DNA of 64,000 nt from Terriglobia bacterium (GCA_963666975.2 CAXVYR010000004.1:1248001-1312000); one strand, 5' to 3'. Positions 9,560 to 19,040 are shown, counted from the first letter of the stretch. Notes: generated by a model from the letters alone, not told the origin. Translations and numbers: made by a program.

Positions 9560-11575
9560 TTGGAACAGGAGTCGCGTATAGAGGCCGCCGAGGCCAGCCT
9601 GCGAGAGATTCAGGAAAAGCTGCAACAAGTGGAACGGAAGGATTGGTGGCTCTGGCTGACGGCCATCTTTGTGATCCTGCTGCTGACCCTGGCAGTCCTT
9701 TCCTTCTCCCTGCCCTCCCTGTTTGTGGGAGGAGGAGACTCATTCTTTCGGTTCCACCTCCAGCAAGGCGCGCGCGGGTTATTGGCTCTCATCCTGGTGT
9801 TCTGCATCTATACCATCTACCAGCAGGCGCTGGTCAAACGGCTCCGTGTCCAAACGGCCGAGCACATTGCCGCAAGGTCCCAGCTCGAAATCCAAGCGGA
9901 ACGGGCTCGCCGGCTGGCCATGCTCGATCCCCTCACCGGCATCTACAACCGTCGTTTTCTCGAGCAATACATGGAGACGGAACTGGCCCGTACCCAGCGG
10001 CAGGGCTACCACCTCACCGTGCTGATGCTCGACCTCAACGATTTCAAGCGGATCAACGACCAGCACGGCCACCTTGCCGGCGACTTGGTGTTGCAGGAAT
10101 TCACGAACCTGCTGAAAAAAGCGATCCGCAACTCGGACATGCTGGTCCGCATGGGCGGCGATGAATTTCTCTTGTTGCTTCCCGAATGCAGCCCCGAGCA
10201 GGTGGGACACATGCTGGCCCGCCTGACGGGACAGGAAGTGGAATTCCACGGACAAAAGATTCCGGTCGCCTTCGCGGCCGGTTGGACCTCCTACCAGTCC
10301 CAGGATACACCCGCACAACTGCTGGAACGGGCCGACCAGGCGCTCTATGCCGACAAGCTTACCGGCAAAGCCAAGGAGGCCATCCGCGAGGCGCAGGTGC
10401 ATACCCAGCAAATACAGAAGATGGAGACGGTGGGACGGCTGGCTGGGGGAATCGTACACGATTTTAACAACCTGCTGACATTGGTCAAGGGTTACAGCGA
10501 ATTGACGCTGGATCGTCTCGGCGGAAGCGACCCGCTGCGCCGCTACATTGAGCAAATCCACCAGACGGCGGAGCGCGCCGGCTCACTGACCCGGCAACTG
10601 CTGACCTTCAGCCGCAAGCGGCAACTGGCTTCTGAGGCAATAGATTTGAACGTGCTGATAGCCGAGATGGAGACGATGCTGCGACGGCTGATCGGCGAGC
10701 ACATCAGCATCGTAACCATTCCGGGAAAGGAACTGGGGCAGGTGGAGGCACACCGGGGGCAGATGGAGCAGGTTATTCTGAATCTCGCAGTCAATGCCCG
10801 CGACTTCATGCCCCAGGGCGGCAAACTCACGCTGGAAACAGCCAACCTTGAGCCATATGAAATCGCTCCCAGCCGGAGCAGCGGAGTCTTCCCGGGACCT
10901 TACGTCATGCTATCGGTAAGCGACACCGGAGCCGGCATGGATGAGAAGACGAAAGCACGCATCTTCGAACCCTTTTTCACCACGAAAGAGAAAGACAGCG
11001 GCACCGGCCTGGGGCTGGCGACCGTCTATAGGGTGGTTCAGCAGAGCGGCGGCTCCATCTGGGTGGACAGCACGCCGGGCCAGGGCACAAACTTCACAAT
11101 CTACTGGCCGCGGGCGGAAAAGAAAACGGAGACGGACCAGCCGGGCGAAAGCAACGCCACGTCTTCCGGGGTGGTTGACGCCATTGCCGGCACTATCGCC
11201 GACACTATTCTGGTGGTGGAAGAAGCCAAGAACGTCCGGCAATCAACTCGCGAGCTTTTGGAGACGAGCGGTTATAGCGTCCTGGAGGCGAGCAACGCCA
11301 CCGAAGCCATTCAGATTGCAGATCAACATCAAGGACCGATCCACCTGCTGCTGACCGATGTGGTGTTGCTGGCGATGAAGGGGCAGGAACTGGCACGGCG
11401 CCTGGCGTCCGAGCGCCCCGAGATGAAGGTTCTCTACATGTGGAGCTGCACCGAAAATGGCACAGCCTACTTCAGCATCTCCGAGTCGGGAACGGACGCT
11501 CTTCCCATGCCGCTCACCCGGGATGCGCTGAGAAGCAAGGTGAGTGAGATGCTCGCCACGGCAGAGAAACAATAA
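9560..11575 (+). CDS. Membrane hybrid protein: 2TM-GGDEF diguanylate cyclase-HisKA-HATPase_c-REC
   Basis: DPLTG, DLNDFKRIND, RNSD I-site, RMGGDEF; then GIVHDFNNLL, NLAVNARD, DTGAGM, FEPFFTTK, GTGLGL; C-terminal REC with LLTDVV. Confidence 0.9.
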   Translation: MEQESRIEAAEASLREIQEKLQQVERKDWWLWLTAIFVILLLTLAVLSFSLPSLFVGGGDSFFRFHLQQGARGLLALILVFCIYTIYQQALVKRLRVQTAEHIAARSQLEIQAERARRLAMLDPLTGIYNRRFLEQYMETELARTQRQGYHLTVLMLDLNDFKRINDQHGHLAGDLVLQEFTNLLKKAIRNSDMLVRMGGDEFLLLLPECSPEQVGHMLARLTGQEVEFHGQKIPVAFAAGWTSYQSQDTPAQLLERADQALYADKLTGKAKEAIREAQVHTQQIQKMETVGRLAGGIVHDFNNLLTLVKGYSELTLDRLGGSDPLRRYIEQIHQTAERAGSLTRQLLTFSRKRQLASEAIDLNVLIAEMETMLRRLIGEHISIVTIPGKELGQVEAHRGQMEQVILNLAVNARDFMPQGGKLTLETANLEPYEIAPSRSSGVFPGPYVMLSVSDTGAGMDEKTKARIFEPFFTTKEKDSGTGLGLATVYRVVQQSGGSIWVDSTPGQGTNFTIYWPRAEKKTETDQPGESNATSSGVVDAIAGTIADTILVVEEAKNVRQSTRELLETSGYSVLEASNATEAIQIADQHQGPIHLLLTDVVLLAMKGQELARRLASERPEMKVLYMWSCTENGTAYFSISESGTDALPMPLTRDALRSKVSEMLATAEKQ

Positions 11576-11730
11576 CAACGCTATCGATCCACAGTCTTCC
11601 TGAAGCCTGGAACCGGTGCAGCACGCGACCGCACGACCCATTTCAGGGACCAGTACGAAAGCACCATACAAAAAATGACCTTTCCGCTATGGAGCGGGGC
11701 CCGGGGAAACCGTATCTTTGACATAGCCAC

Positions 11731-12156
11731 ATGGAATATCAGATGGCTTCCCTCCCGAACCATTTCCCCCGTTACTTGAGGACGCGCATGCCACCAAGAA
11801 GAAGCCGCAGCCAAAAAACCAGCAGACGCAGTTCCCTTCGTTTTCCCCTGGAGCTACCCACTCGAGTCCGCTGGGTGGAAGACAATCAGACCCGCACCCT
11901 GCATACGCAAACCAGGAATATGAGCAGTTCCGGCCTGTACCTGCTGGCGGAGTCTCAGAACCAGCCAGGCGCAAGGATCGAGTTTGAAATAAAGCTGCCT
12001 GCCGAGATCGTTGAGGGAGCCGGGGTTGTGTTGCGCGGGAAAGGGCATTTGGTCCGGCGTGAAGAACTGGAAAACCGGCGCGTTGGCTTCGCAGCGGTGA
12101 TCGACCAATACCAGATTTCTCCAATAGACTCGCCGGCCGGAGACTCCACGCCTTGA
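11731..12156 (+). CDS. PilZ-domain c-di-GMP receptor
   Basis: RxxxR (RRSSLR) followed by NxSxxG (NMSSSG). The start may lie further downstream. Confidence 0.85.
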   Translation: MEYQMASLPNHFPRYLRTRMPPRRSRSQKTSRRSSLRFPLELPTRVRWVEDNQTRTLHTQTRNMSSSGLYLLAESQNQPGARIEFEIKLPAEIVEGAGVVLRGKGHLVRREELENRRVGFAAVIDQYQISPIDSPAGDSTP

Positions 12157-12303
12157 GGGCATTGGGTGTACGGGCCAGCCCCAGCCCTTCCGAAGTTTCC
12201 CGCCTTCGTTTTCATCCTCCATCCGCTGACAGCCCGGCCTCCGTGTTGACTTAGCCCTTTCCTCCGCATACCATCGTCCTAGAGCCGCTTTGGCAGTTTT
12301 TCT

Positions 12304-12984
12304 ATGAAGTCTTCTTCCCAGGTCCAAATCACAATCCTGGTTGCCGAGGCTCAGCCTATCTACCGGTTGGGGCTCAAACGGCTGCTGGGGGTGGAAGAAG
12401 ATTTCCGCGTGGTGGCCGCAGTAGCGAGCGGACCGGAAGTCTCCGAAGCGGTCCGGAAATTCCGCCCGGACCTGCTTTTGCTGGACTGGGAGCTTTCCAA
12501 TCGCCATCCGTTTGACATCATGCGGGAGGTGCGGAAGATTCATCCGCAGACTCGCGCCGTGCTGCTCAGCGAAGCCACAACCGATGAAGAGATGATAGCG
12601 GCAATCCGGAATGGCGTGCGGGTCGTCCTGCCCAAAGAAGCGCCGCCGGAGACGTTGATCTCCGTACTGCACAAAGCTCACCGGGGCGAAACCTACCTGG
12701 AGGCCCGCCCGCGCGCGCCGGGGGCGGATTCACTCCGCTCCCCGCCGCCGCAGGAGGCGGAAGGGAGCTTGACGGCCCGTGAGATGGAGATCATCAGCCT
12801 GATCGCCCAGGGGTTTCCCAACAAAGAGATTGCCGCGCGCCTGTACCTCAGCGAGCAGACGATCAAAAACAAGCTGCGGATTATTTTTGACAAGCTGGGC
12901 GTCAGCGACCGGCTGGAACTGGCGCTCTACGCCATCCACCACCGCTTGTTTTCCCCTTCCGGTAGCGGCTCGGCCAGCCATTGA
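12304..12984 (+). CDS. NarL/LuxR-family DNA-binding response regulator
   Basis: REC (DLLLLD) and HTH LTAREMEII...NKEIAARLYLSEQTIKN...KLGV. Confidence 0.92.
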   Translation: MKSSSQVQITILVAEAQPIYRLGLKRLLGVEEDFRVVAAVASGPEVSEAVRKFRPDLLLLDWELSNRHPFDIMREVRKIHPQTRAVLLSEATTDEEMIAAIRNGVRVVLPKEAPPETLISVLHKAHRGETYLEARPRAPGADSLRSPPPQEAEGSLTAREMEIISLIAQGFPNKEIAARLYLSEQTIKNKLRIIFDKLGVSDRLELALYAIHHRLFSPSGSGSASH

Positions 12985-13029
12985 GCCGCAGGCGGCCTGA
13001 ACAGCATGGTCCAGAGAATTTTGTCGTTA

Positions 13030-13107
13030 GCCACAGAGTCGCAGAGTCCACAGAGAAAAAATAGGGGCGTGTCCCTCTGGCTCCGCGTTCTCTGTGGCTC
13101 TGTGGCT
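13030..13107. repeat. Palindromic intergenic repeat or bidirectional terminator
   Basis: agccacagag...ccacagagaa versus ttctctgtgg...ctctgtggct, between the convergent luxR-type and xerC genes. Confidence 0.6.
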
Positions 13108-13115
13108 GCCGACAC

Positions 13116-14084
13116 CTACGCCCTGGGATGAGTCTTGTCGTAGACTTCCATCAGTTGGCGGATGGAAATACGGGTGTATTTCTGGGTGCTCGACAGGCTG
13201 CTGTGCCCCAGCAGCTCCTGGATGGCGCGCAGGTCGGCTCCCTCGCCCAGCAGGTGCGTGGCAAAGGCGTGGCGCAAGGAGTGCGGGTGCAGCGTGGAAT
13301 CGCCCCGAAGCAGGATGGAATACTTTTTTACGATGCGGAGCACGGAGCGCGTGGTGAGCCTGCTGCAGCGAGCGTTCACCAACAGCGCCTCGGTCTCGAT
13401 GCCGTTTTTATCGAGCAACTCCCGGCGCAGAGGGGCGTAGTCCTCCAGCGCTGCCGAGGCCTTGGAGCCGAACGGAACGATGCGCTCCTTCTTTCCTTTT
13501 CCCCGCACCAGCAGCACGGTCTCCGCCATGTCCACTTGGTCCTGGTTCAAACCCACTAGCTCGCTCACGCGCAACCCGGACCCGTAGAGAAGCTCCAGGA
13601 TCAGCCGGTCGCGTGCCACGAGCGCCGCCGCGCCGGGTTTGCTGGATGCGGCGATTTTGCCCACGGCGTCAATGAGCTGGTTTGTTTCCTCCGCCGTCAT
13701 GACGTCCGGAAGCGTCTGCGGCAGGCGCGGACTCGCCACCAGTTTGGCGGGGTTCTCCTTCGCCAGACCTTCCCGGCATGCGTACCGATAAAAGGAACGC
13801 AGAGCGGCCAGCTTGCGGGCAACGGTGGCCGGCTTCCGCCGCTGTGCGTACATCTGCCCCAGGTATTCTCTGATCTTTAGATAATCAACTGCGAGATAAT
13901 CGACCGAAATCGAAGACCGCGACTTTTGGGAGGCAGCGGCGCCCTCAGCTCCGGAAGATTTCACGCTGCGAAAAAAAGCTTCCAGGTCGCTGCGATAGTT
14001 TCGCAGCGTGTGAACCGAATAGTTGCGCTCGGCGCGCAGGTGTTCCAGGAATTGTTCGGCAGCGGGATGCAGCGTCTGGCTCAT
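13116..14084 (-). CDS. xerC: Tyrosine recombinase XerC
   Basis: ERNYSVHTLRNY, ARKLAALRSF, GLRVSE, GKGKKER, HPHSLRHAFATHLL, LLGH, TQKY, HPRA. Adjacent to trmFO. Confidence 0.9.
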   Translation of the reverse strand: MSQTLHPAAEQFLEHLRAERNYSVHTLRNYRSDLEAFFRSVKSSGAEGAAASQKSRSSISVDYLAVDYLKIREYLGQMYAQRRKPATVARKLAALRSFYRYACREGLAKENPAKLVASPRLPQTLPDVMTAEETNQLIDAVGKIAASSKPGAAALVARDRLILELLYGSGLRVSELVGLNQDQVDMAETVLLVRGKGKKERIVPFGSKASAALEDYAPLRRELLDKNGIETEALLVNARCSRLTTRSVLRIVKKYSILLRGDSTLHPHSLRHAFATHLLGEGADLRAIQELLGHSSLSSTQKYTRISIRQLMEVYDKTHPRA

Positions 14085-14252
14085 GGATTTATTGATTCAC
14101 CGATTCATTGATTCGCGCAGAACCGACAGGCAAGCATGCCTGTGCTACTCTATTCCAGAATTTCCCGGAGTAGGAGACGATTCAGTCCTGAAATCCAAAA
14201 TGAAGTCCAAAAAAAGTTACGAGGAGATATTGGGCGAGTCGGTGCCGGCCTC

Positions 14253-15698
14253 TCATACGGCTGTTTCCCGTTGCGCGCCCAGCCACTGCTCGAACTCCCG
14301 CAAGGCAAACTGGCACTGGCGGGCGCGGCGTTCCTTCTTGCCGAGCTTGGCAGGGCTTGTGTCACTCAGGTTTGTATCACTCAGGTTTGTATCGCTCCAA
14401 GGCGGTAGCAGGTCGAAGGCGATATTGGCAGGTTGATAGCCGCGCGGATTGGCATGAGAGATGTAATGGCAAAGAGACCCAAAAGCAGTGGCACGGGGCG
14501 GAGCCGCTGGAGCTTCTTCCGCAAGCGCCATCCGGACCGCGTGGATTCCGGCCATCAGGCCCGTGGCGATCGATTCCACGTAACCCTCGACGCCCGAAAG
14601 CTGCCCGGCGAAAAAAATCCTGGGCTGCGCGCGCAACTGGAGCGTGGGAGCCAGCAGCGCCGGAGCGTTGATGTAGGTGTTGCGATGCATCTGGCCGTAG
14701 CGTGTGAACTCGGCGGCCTCCAGGCCGGGGATCATCCGCAGGATGCGCTTCTGCTCGCCGAACTTCAGATGGTTCTGAAAGCCCACTAGGTTGTAGCTGT
14801 CGGCGCGGAGGTTTTCCCGCCGCAACTGAACTGCGGCGTAAGGCATCCTGCCCGTGCGGGGGTCGCGCAGGCCCACGGGCTTCATCGGGCCGAACCGCAG
14901 CGTGTCCGGGCCGCGACGGGCCAGCTCCTCAATCGGCAGGCAGCTTTCAAAGTAATTCAAGTTCTCAAACTCGTGCGTCGCCACCGACTCAGCCGAGACG
15001 AGCGCCTCATAAAAACATTGGTACTCTAGCTTGCTCATCGGGCAGTTCAGATAGTCGCCTTCACCTTCTCCTTTACCTTCTTGATCGCCATTCTGCCCGG
15101 CGGAGTTGCCGCCGCTGCCGGAGGAATCCGCCGCGCGGATTCCCTTGCCGTAGCGGGAGGCGGCGAACACCTTGCCGGAATCAATCGTGTCGGCCTCGAC
15201 AATGGGGCTGATGGAGTCATAGAAAAACAGCCGCTCGCTGCCGGTCAACTGCTGGATGGAGTGCGCCAGCGCGTCGGAGGTCAGCGGGCCGGTGGCTACG
15301 ATCACGACAGCCTCGGTGGGAATGGCGTGCGCCTCTTCTCTGCGAATTTCGATCAGAGGCTCTGCTTCAATGGCCGCCGTGACGCCTGCAGCGAACCGTT
15401 CGCGGTCAACCGCCAGCGCCTGGCCTGCCGGAACGGAGCACTCCCTGGCGACCTCCAGCAACAAGGAGCCGGCCCGCCGCAGTTCTTCTTTCAGCAGCCA
15501 GGGGGCGGAGCCTTCGCGGTCGCTTTTCAGGGAGTTGCTGCAGACCAGTTCGCCAAGCTGGCCGGTCGTGTGGGCCGGGGTCGGGACCGACGGGCGCATC
15601 TCATAAAGTTCCACCGGCACTCCGCGGCGCGCCGCCTGCCAGGCCGCCTCGGAGCCTGCCAGCCCTCCTCCCAAAACTATGATCCTCTGTTGTCCCAT
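14253..15698 (-). CDS. trmFO: tRNA m5U54 methyltransferase TrmFO (Gid)
   Basis: GGGLAGSEAAWQ, ELVCSNS, FESCLPIE, FGPMKPVGL, HRNTYI, GVEGY. Confidence 0.96.
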   Translation of the reverse strand: MGQQRIIVLGGGLAGSEAAWQAARRGVPVELYEMRPSVPTPAHTTGQLGELVCSNSLKSDREGSAPWLLKEELRRAGSLLLEVARECSVPAGQALAVDRERFAAGVTAAIEAEPLIEIRREEAHAIPTEAVVIVATGPLTSDALAHSIQQLTGSERLFFYDSISPIVEADTIDSGKVFAASRYGKGIRAADSSGSGGNSAGQNGDQEGKGEGEGDYLNCPMSKLEYQCFYEALVSAESVATHEFENLNYFESCLPIEELARRGPDTLRFGPMKPVGLRDPRTGRMPYAAVQLRRENLRADSYNLVGFQNHLKFGEQKRILRMIPGLEAAEFTRYGQMHRNTYINAPALLAPTLQLRAQPRIFFAGQLSGVEGYVESIATGLMAGIHAVRMALAEEAPAAPPRATAFGSLCHYISHANPRGYQPANIAFDLLPPWSDTNLSDTNLSDTSPAKLGKKERRARQCQFALREFEQWLGAQRETAV

Positions 15699-15807
15699 GC
15701 TGGATTCATTCTAGCAAACAGAAATAGCAGGCAAGAATCCCGGTCGCTGTCTGATGGTGGATTCGTTCCCGTTAGGCACGGAGAAGACATTCTCTTGAGG
15801 GGGAAAA

Positions 15808-16101
15808 CTAATGGGGATCGACATTACCGCTCTGCCTCTCGCTGGTCCCGTTAGGGTTCTGTGCCCCGCGGCGAGAGCGCTCCAGGATTTGGCGTTCTAG
15901 TCGCTCGAGGGTAGACGGGTCCTGAGCGGGAGGGCCGCAGAGTTCCCGGGTCGCAGCGCCGATGGCGCGCAGTTGCGCCGCGTAGCGCCGGCAGAGGCGG
16001 CACAACAGCAGATGGAAACGGACTGAGAGCCGTTCTCTCCACCCTACCTCTCGAAACTCACCGCTAGCGATCTTACGTGTGACGTCTTTACAGTTGAGCA
16101 T
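15808..16101 (-). CDS. Zinc-finger (zf-HC2) anti-sigma factor
   Basis: MLNCKDV...HLLLCRLC (HxxxCxxC), directly downstream of the ECF sigma gene. Confidence 0.85.
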   Translation of the reverse strand: MLNCKDVTRKIASGEFREVGWRERLSVRFHLLLCRLCRRYAAQLRAIGAATRELCGPPAQDPSTLERLERQILERSRRGAQNPNGTSERQSGNVDPH

Positions 16102-16105
16102 CAGG

Positions 16106-16690
16106 CTACCCCCTTACACCCTTGGTTTCCAGGCACTCCCGGAGACGGTTCCGTGCCCGGTACAGGAGCACTCCTATGTTAGTGCGCGTCACTTCCAGAA
16201 TCTTACAGATTTCATCAGTGTCGAGGTCCTCCACTTCGCGCAGGATAAAGGCCATCCTCTGCTGGATGGGGACGACTTCAAGACAGTCCCCGATATGTTT
16301 ATTGACTTCCGTGCGGTAAAACTGCTCGTCGGCGGGCTCGGGTGGGCGGACCCAGGTCCCATCGGGTTTGAACCGTTGCTCGACAACGTCGTCGATGTCA
16401 TCCATCTTCCCCTCTCGCTGCAATTCGCGGCGAGCCTCAGCGATCTTTTTGTAAAGGATGCCGAACAACCATGTCCGGACATGGGACCTCCCCTCGAACT
16501 GTCCCGCTTTCTCGATGAAGGTGGCGAAGGTAGCCTGGGTCACATCTTCGGCACGCTGGGGGTCCAGACCGGCAGCCCGTGCGGCGCGAAGGATCTGGCC
16601 CAGGTACGCGTGCACAACGGCTTGGAGCGCGGCGGGCTCGCCCGCCTGAATCCGAGCTGCGAATTGAGGATCGTCCACTGTCATAAGCAA
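16106..16690 (-). CDS. ECF RNA polymerase sigma-70 factor
   Basis: Region 2 AEDVTQ...FEGRSHVRTWLFGIL; region 4 EICKIL...LLYRARNRLRECL. Confidence 0.92.
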   Translation of the reverse strand: MLMTVDDPQFAARIQAGEPAALQAVVHAYLGQILRAARAAGLDPQRAEDVTQATFATFIEKAGQFEGRSHVRTWLFGILYKKIAEARRELQREGKMDDIDDVVEQRFKPDGTWVRPPEPADEQFYRTEVNKHIGDCLEVVPIQQRMAFILREVEDLDTDEICKILEVTRTNIGVLLYRARNRLRECLETKGVRG

Positions 16691-16742
16691 GTCTTAGAGA
16701 GCGTTGTTCCGGATGATATCTGGGCCAGTTGTCCGTTCAAGG

Positions 16743-16827
16743 TGTAATAGGTCGGCTCCTTGGTGCACTCACTAACGAAGCCGGGACCAGATCCTACCCG
16801 GAATTCCGATCTTAACGGGCAAACGGG
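16743..16827 (+). promoter_or_regulatory. Putative ECF promoter TGTAA-N16-TGCACTCACTA plus conserved leader, copy 1
   Basis: Same motif with identical spacing at 17686; divergent from the ECF sigma gene. Confidence 0.7.
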
Positions 16828-16873
16828 TGGGCTCACAAGTCCCGAATGATCTAACACAAGAAAGGAAACAACC

Positions 16874-17455
16874 ATGACGAGGTACATTCGACAATTAGTG
16901 TTAAGTTTCGTCGTCGGGTTCGTCACGTTATCTGCCGTCGCATCAGCAGCCATGAACACTGAGGGCTCGGAGGCGTTCCAACTGGCGACCAAAATCCGCC
17001 GTGAATTGGTGACTCAGCCTTACTACAGCATTTTCGACAACCTGGCCTACCGGATCGATGGTCCTAAGGTCATCCTTTTGGGAGAGGTCTGGTGGCCGAA
17101 CCTGAAGAACACCGCTGAGCGAGTCGTGGCCAACATCGAGGGTGTCACGAGCGTCGAAAACCAGATCGAGGTCTTACCGACCTCCTTCTACGACGACCGC
17201 CTTCGCCTGGCTACGGCGAGGACCCTGTTCTCCCATCCGGTATTGCGTAAATACGTGCGGCCGGGGGTTTCTTTCGGCCTGCTCTCTAACCGATCCGATA
17301 TCCACGTCATCATGAAGAATGGACATTTGACCCTCGAGGGCGTCGTTCTCCGGAAGTCAGATAGTGACGTCGCCTACATCGTGGCAAGAACTGTCCCCGG
17401 CATCTTCTCGGTGACCAACAACCTGCGTGTAGAGAACACGACGAAGGAGGGCTAA
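16874..17455 (+). CDS. Secreted double-BON-domain protein
   Basis: Signal peptide; VILLGEV...IEGVTSVENQI and GHLTLEGVV...VPGIFSVTNNLRV. Confidence 0.9.
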   Translation: MTRYIRQLVLSFVVGFVTLSAVASAAMNTEGSEAFQLATKIRRELVTQPYYSIFDNLAYRIDGPKVILLGEVWWPNLKNTAERVVANIEGVTSVENQIEVLPTSFYDDRLRLATARTLFSHPVLRKYVRPGVSFGLLSNRSDIHVIMKNGHLTLEGVVLRKSDSDVAYIVARTVPGIFSVTNNLRVENTTKEG

Positions 17456-17685
17456 ATCCATCCAAACAGTAGACTCCTCATCGAACTCGACCCAGGCAAT
17501 CCGCATCTGAAAACGACGTCCCCGGGTTGCTTGGGTCGTTCTTTCCCGCCCACGAGAGGTTGATGTGGACGCGATACTAAACAGAACCCCTCTCCATCCG
17601 CCGCGGAGACCAGAGACGGTCTTCGCTTAGCGACGTTTTTGCCCATTTGCTCTCGGTGGTTCCCCGCATCTTTCCCCATTCCGGG

Positions 17686-17779
17686 TGTAACAATTCGCCT
17701 CCTCGCTGCACTCACTACCGAGGCCGGAAAAGGATCAGGCCTCCCGGTGGAGACGCCCGGATCTTAAAGGCAAAACGGG
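17686..17779 (+). promoter_or_regulatory. Putative ECF promoter TGTAA-N16-TGCACTCACTA plus conserved leader, copy 2
   Basis: Matches the 16743 copy. Confidence 0.7.
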
Positions 17780-17902
17780 TCGGCCTGCAACGGTCAGGCA
17801 GCTAGGCTGTGCAGCGAGCCAAGGATGAGTCCACAGCCCGCTGGATCTGAGTGCGGTGTGAACTGACCCAAAACCAGAAACCTGAAAAAGGAGAAATTTA
17901 AC

Positions 17903-18367
17903 ATGAACGTAAAAAACATCAAACTTGGCGCCTACGGTGGTTTAGCCGGCGGTGTGGTCTTCGGAGCAATGATGGCAGTGATGGGTATGCTGCCCATGAT
18001 CGGCCAGATGGTCGGACATCCCTCGGCGATCACTGGCTTCCTCGTTCACCTCGGCAATAGCGCCCTGATCGGCGCAGCGTTTGCGACCCTTTTCGATCGC
18101 TTCGTCCACGGCAAAAGCAGCGGGCTGGGCTACGGCCTGCTCTACGGTGGAGTCTGGTGGCTTCTAGGACCGCTGACGCTGATGCCGTTGATGATGGGCA
18201 TGGGCCTGGGTGTGAATTGGAATGCCACTGCGGCAACCCAAATGCTTCCCAGCTTGTTCGGTCATCTCATCTACGGTGCGATCCTGGGAATCAGCTACAC
18301 GTGGCTCCGAAGCCGGACGCGCGGGCACCACTCAGCACCTGCGACAGAGGCAATTCCCACGGCTTAA
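17903..18367 (+). CDS. Met-rich 4-TM membrane protein of unknown function
   Basis: SD AGGAG; four hydrophobic helices; GAMMAVMGMLPM, LMPLMMGM, VHL, GHLIYG. Confidence 0.8.
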   Translation: MNVKNIKLGAYGGLAGGVVFGAMMAVMGMLPMIGQMVGHPSAITGFLVHLGNSALIGAAFATLFDRFVHGKSSGLGYGLLYGGVWWLLGPLTLMPLMMGMGLGVNWNATAATQMLPSLFGHLIYGAILGISYTWLRSRTRGHHSAPATEAIPTA

Positions 18368-18515
18368 TGTGTAATGAGAACCCCTGGCGCTGATGTCCAA
18401 CGATCTAAAAACCCACGGTGGTGAAGCAGTTGGTCGTAAGCCCAATTCCACCTAACTGAAACCGAAGGCCAGTCCGCTTCGACCGACACCTTCACAAAAC
18501 CTTAAGGAGGTTACT

Positions 18516-19031
18516 ATGAAAAAGCAAGCTCTAACGGTTGTTTCGATGGCGAGTCTCTTTGTCCTGCTGGCAGTTGGCTCCGCCTATGCAGACCCTGGCA
18601 GCGAAGTCCGGGCGGATGTCCCCTTCGATTTCATAGTCGGGAATAAAACGTATCCGGCCGGCAGCTACGCGGTTGAGTACACCCAGCCGCAGGGTGCGTT
18701 CTTGATACACATTGCAGAAGACGAAAGCCGACGGACGTTGCTCTGGTCCAACACCGTGCCCGCCAAATCGATAGTGGATCATTCTCCGAAGCTCATCTTT
18801 AACCGTTATGGGGATGAGTATTTCCTCACCCAGGTATGGGGTGGAGGAGACATCGATGGACGTGAACTCCGGAAGTTTCACCGGGAGCGTGAGCAGTCCA
18901 GGGAGTATTTTGCTAAGAATGTGTCGGTAGCTGAAATAGTCTACGTCGCCGCTCTGCCATCAGCAGCGGTTGGATCAGCAGCGGTTGCGCCAGAGCGAAT
19001 GAGCGATCCTATCAAGGCAGACCGTTCCTGA
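18516..19031 (+). CDS. Secreted hypothetical protein (ADVPFDFIVGNKTYPAGSY type)
   Basis: Strong SD AAGGAGG, signal peptide, KLIFNRYGDEYFLTQVW motif. Confidence 0.8.
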   Translation: MKKQALTVVSMASLFVLLAVGSAYADPGSEVRADVPFDFIVGNKTYPAGSYAVEYTQPQGAFLIHIAEDESRRTLLWSNTVPAKSIVDHSPKLIFNRYGDEYFLTQVWGGGDIDGRELRKFHREREQSREYFAKNVSVAEIVYVAALPSAAVGSAAVAPERMSDPIKADRS

Positions 19032-19040
19032 AACCCGCCG

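Noticed and set aside
13116-14084. Tyrosine recombinase as a prophage or island integrase
   Set aside because: Typical XerC sequence in the conserved trmFO-xerC context; no att sites or phage genes.
16815-16850. c-di-GMP-I riboswitch suggested by GGCAAAC
   Set aside because: The GNRA-capped P2 and the downstream GACGCAAAG element are absent; reported only as an unknown leader motif.
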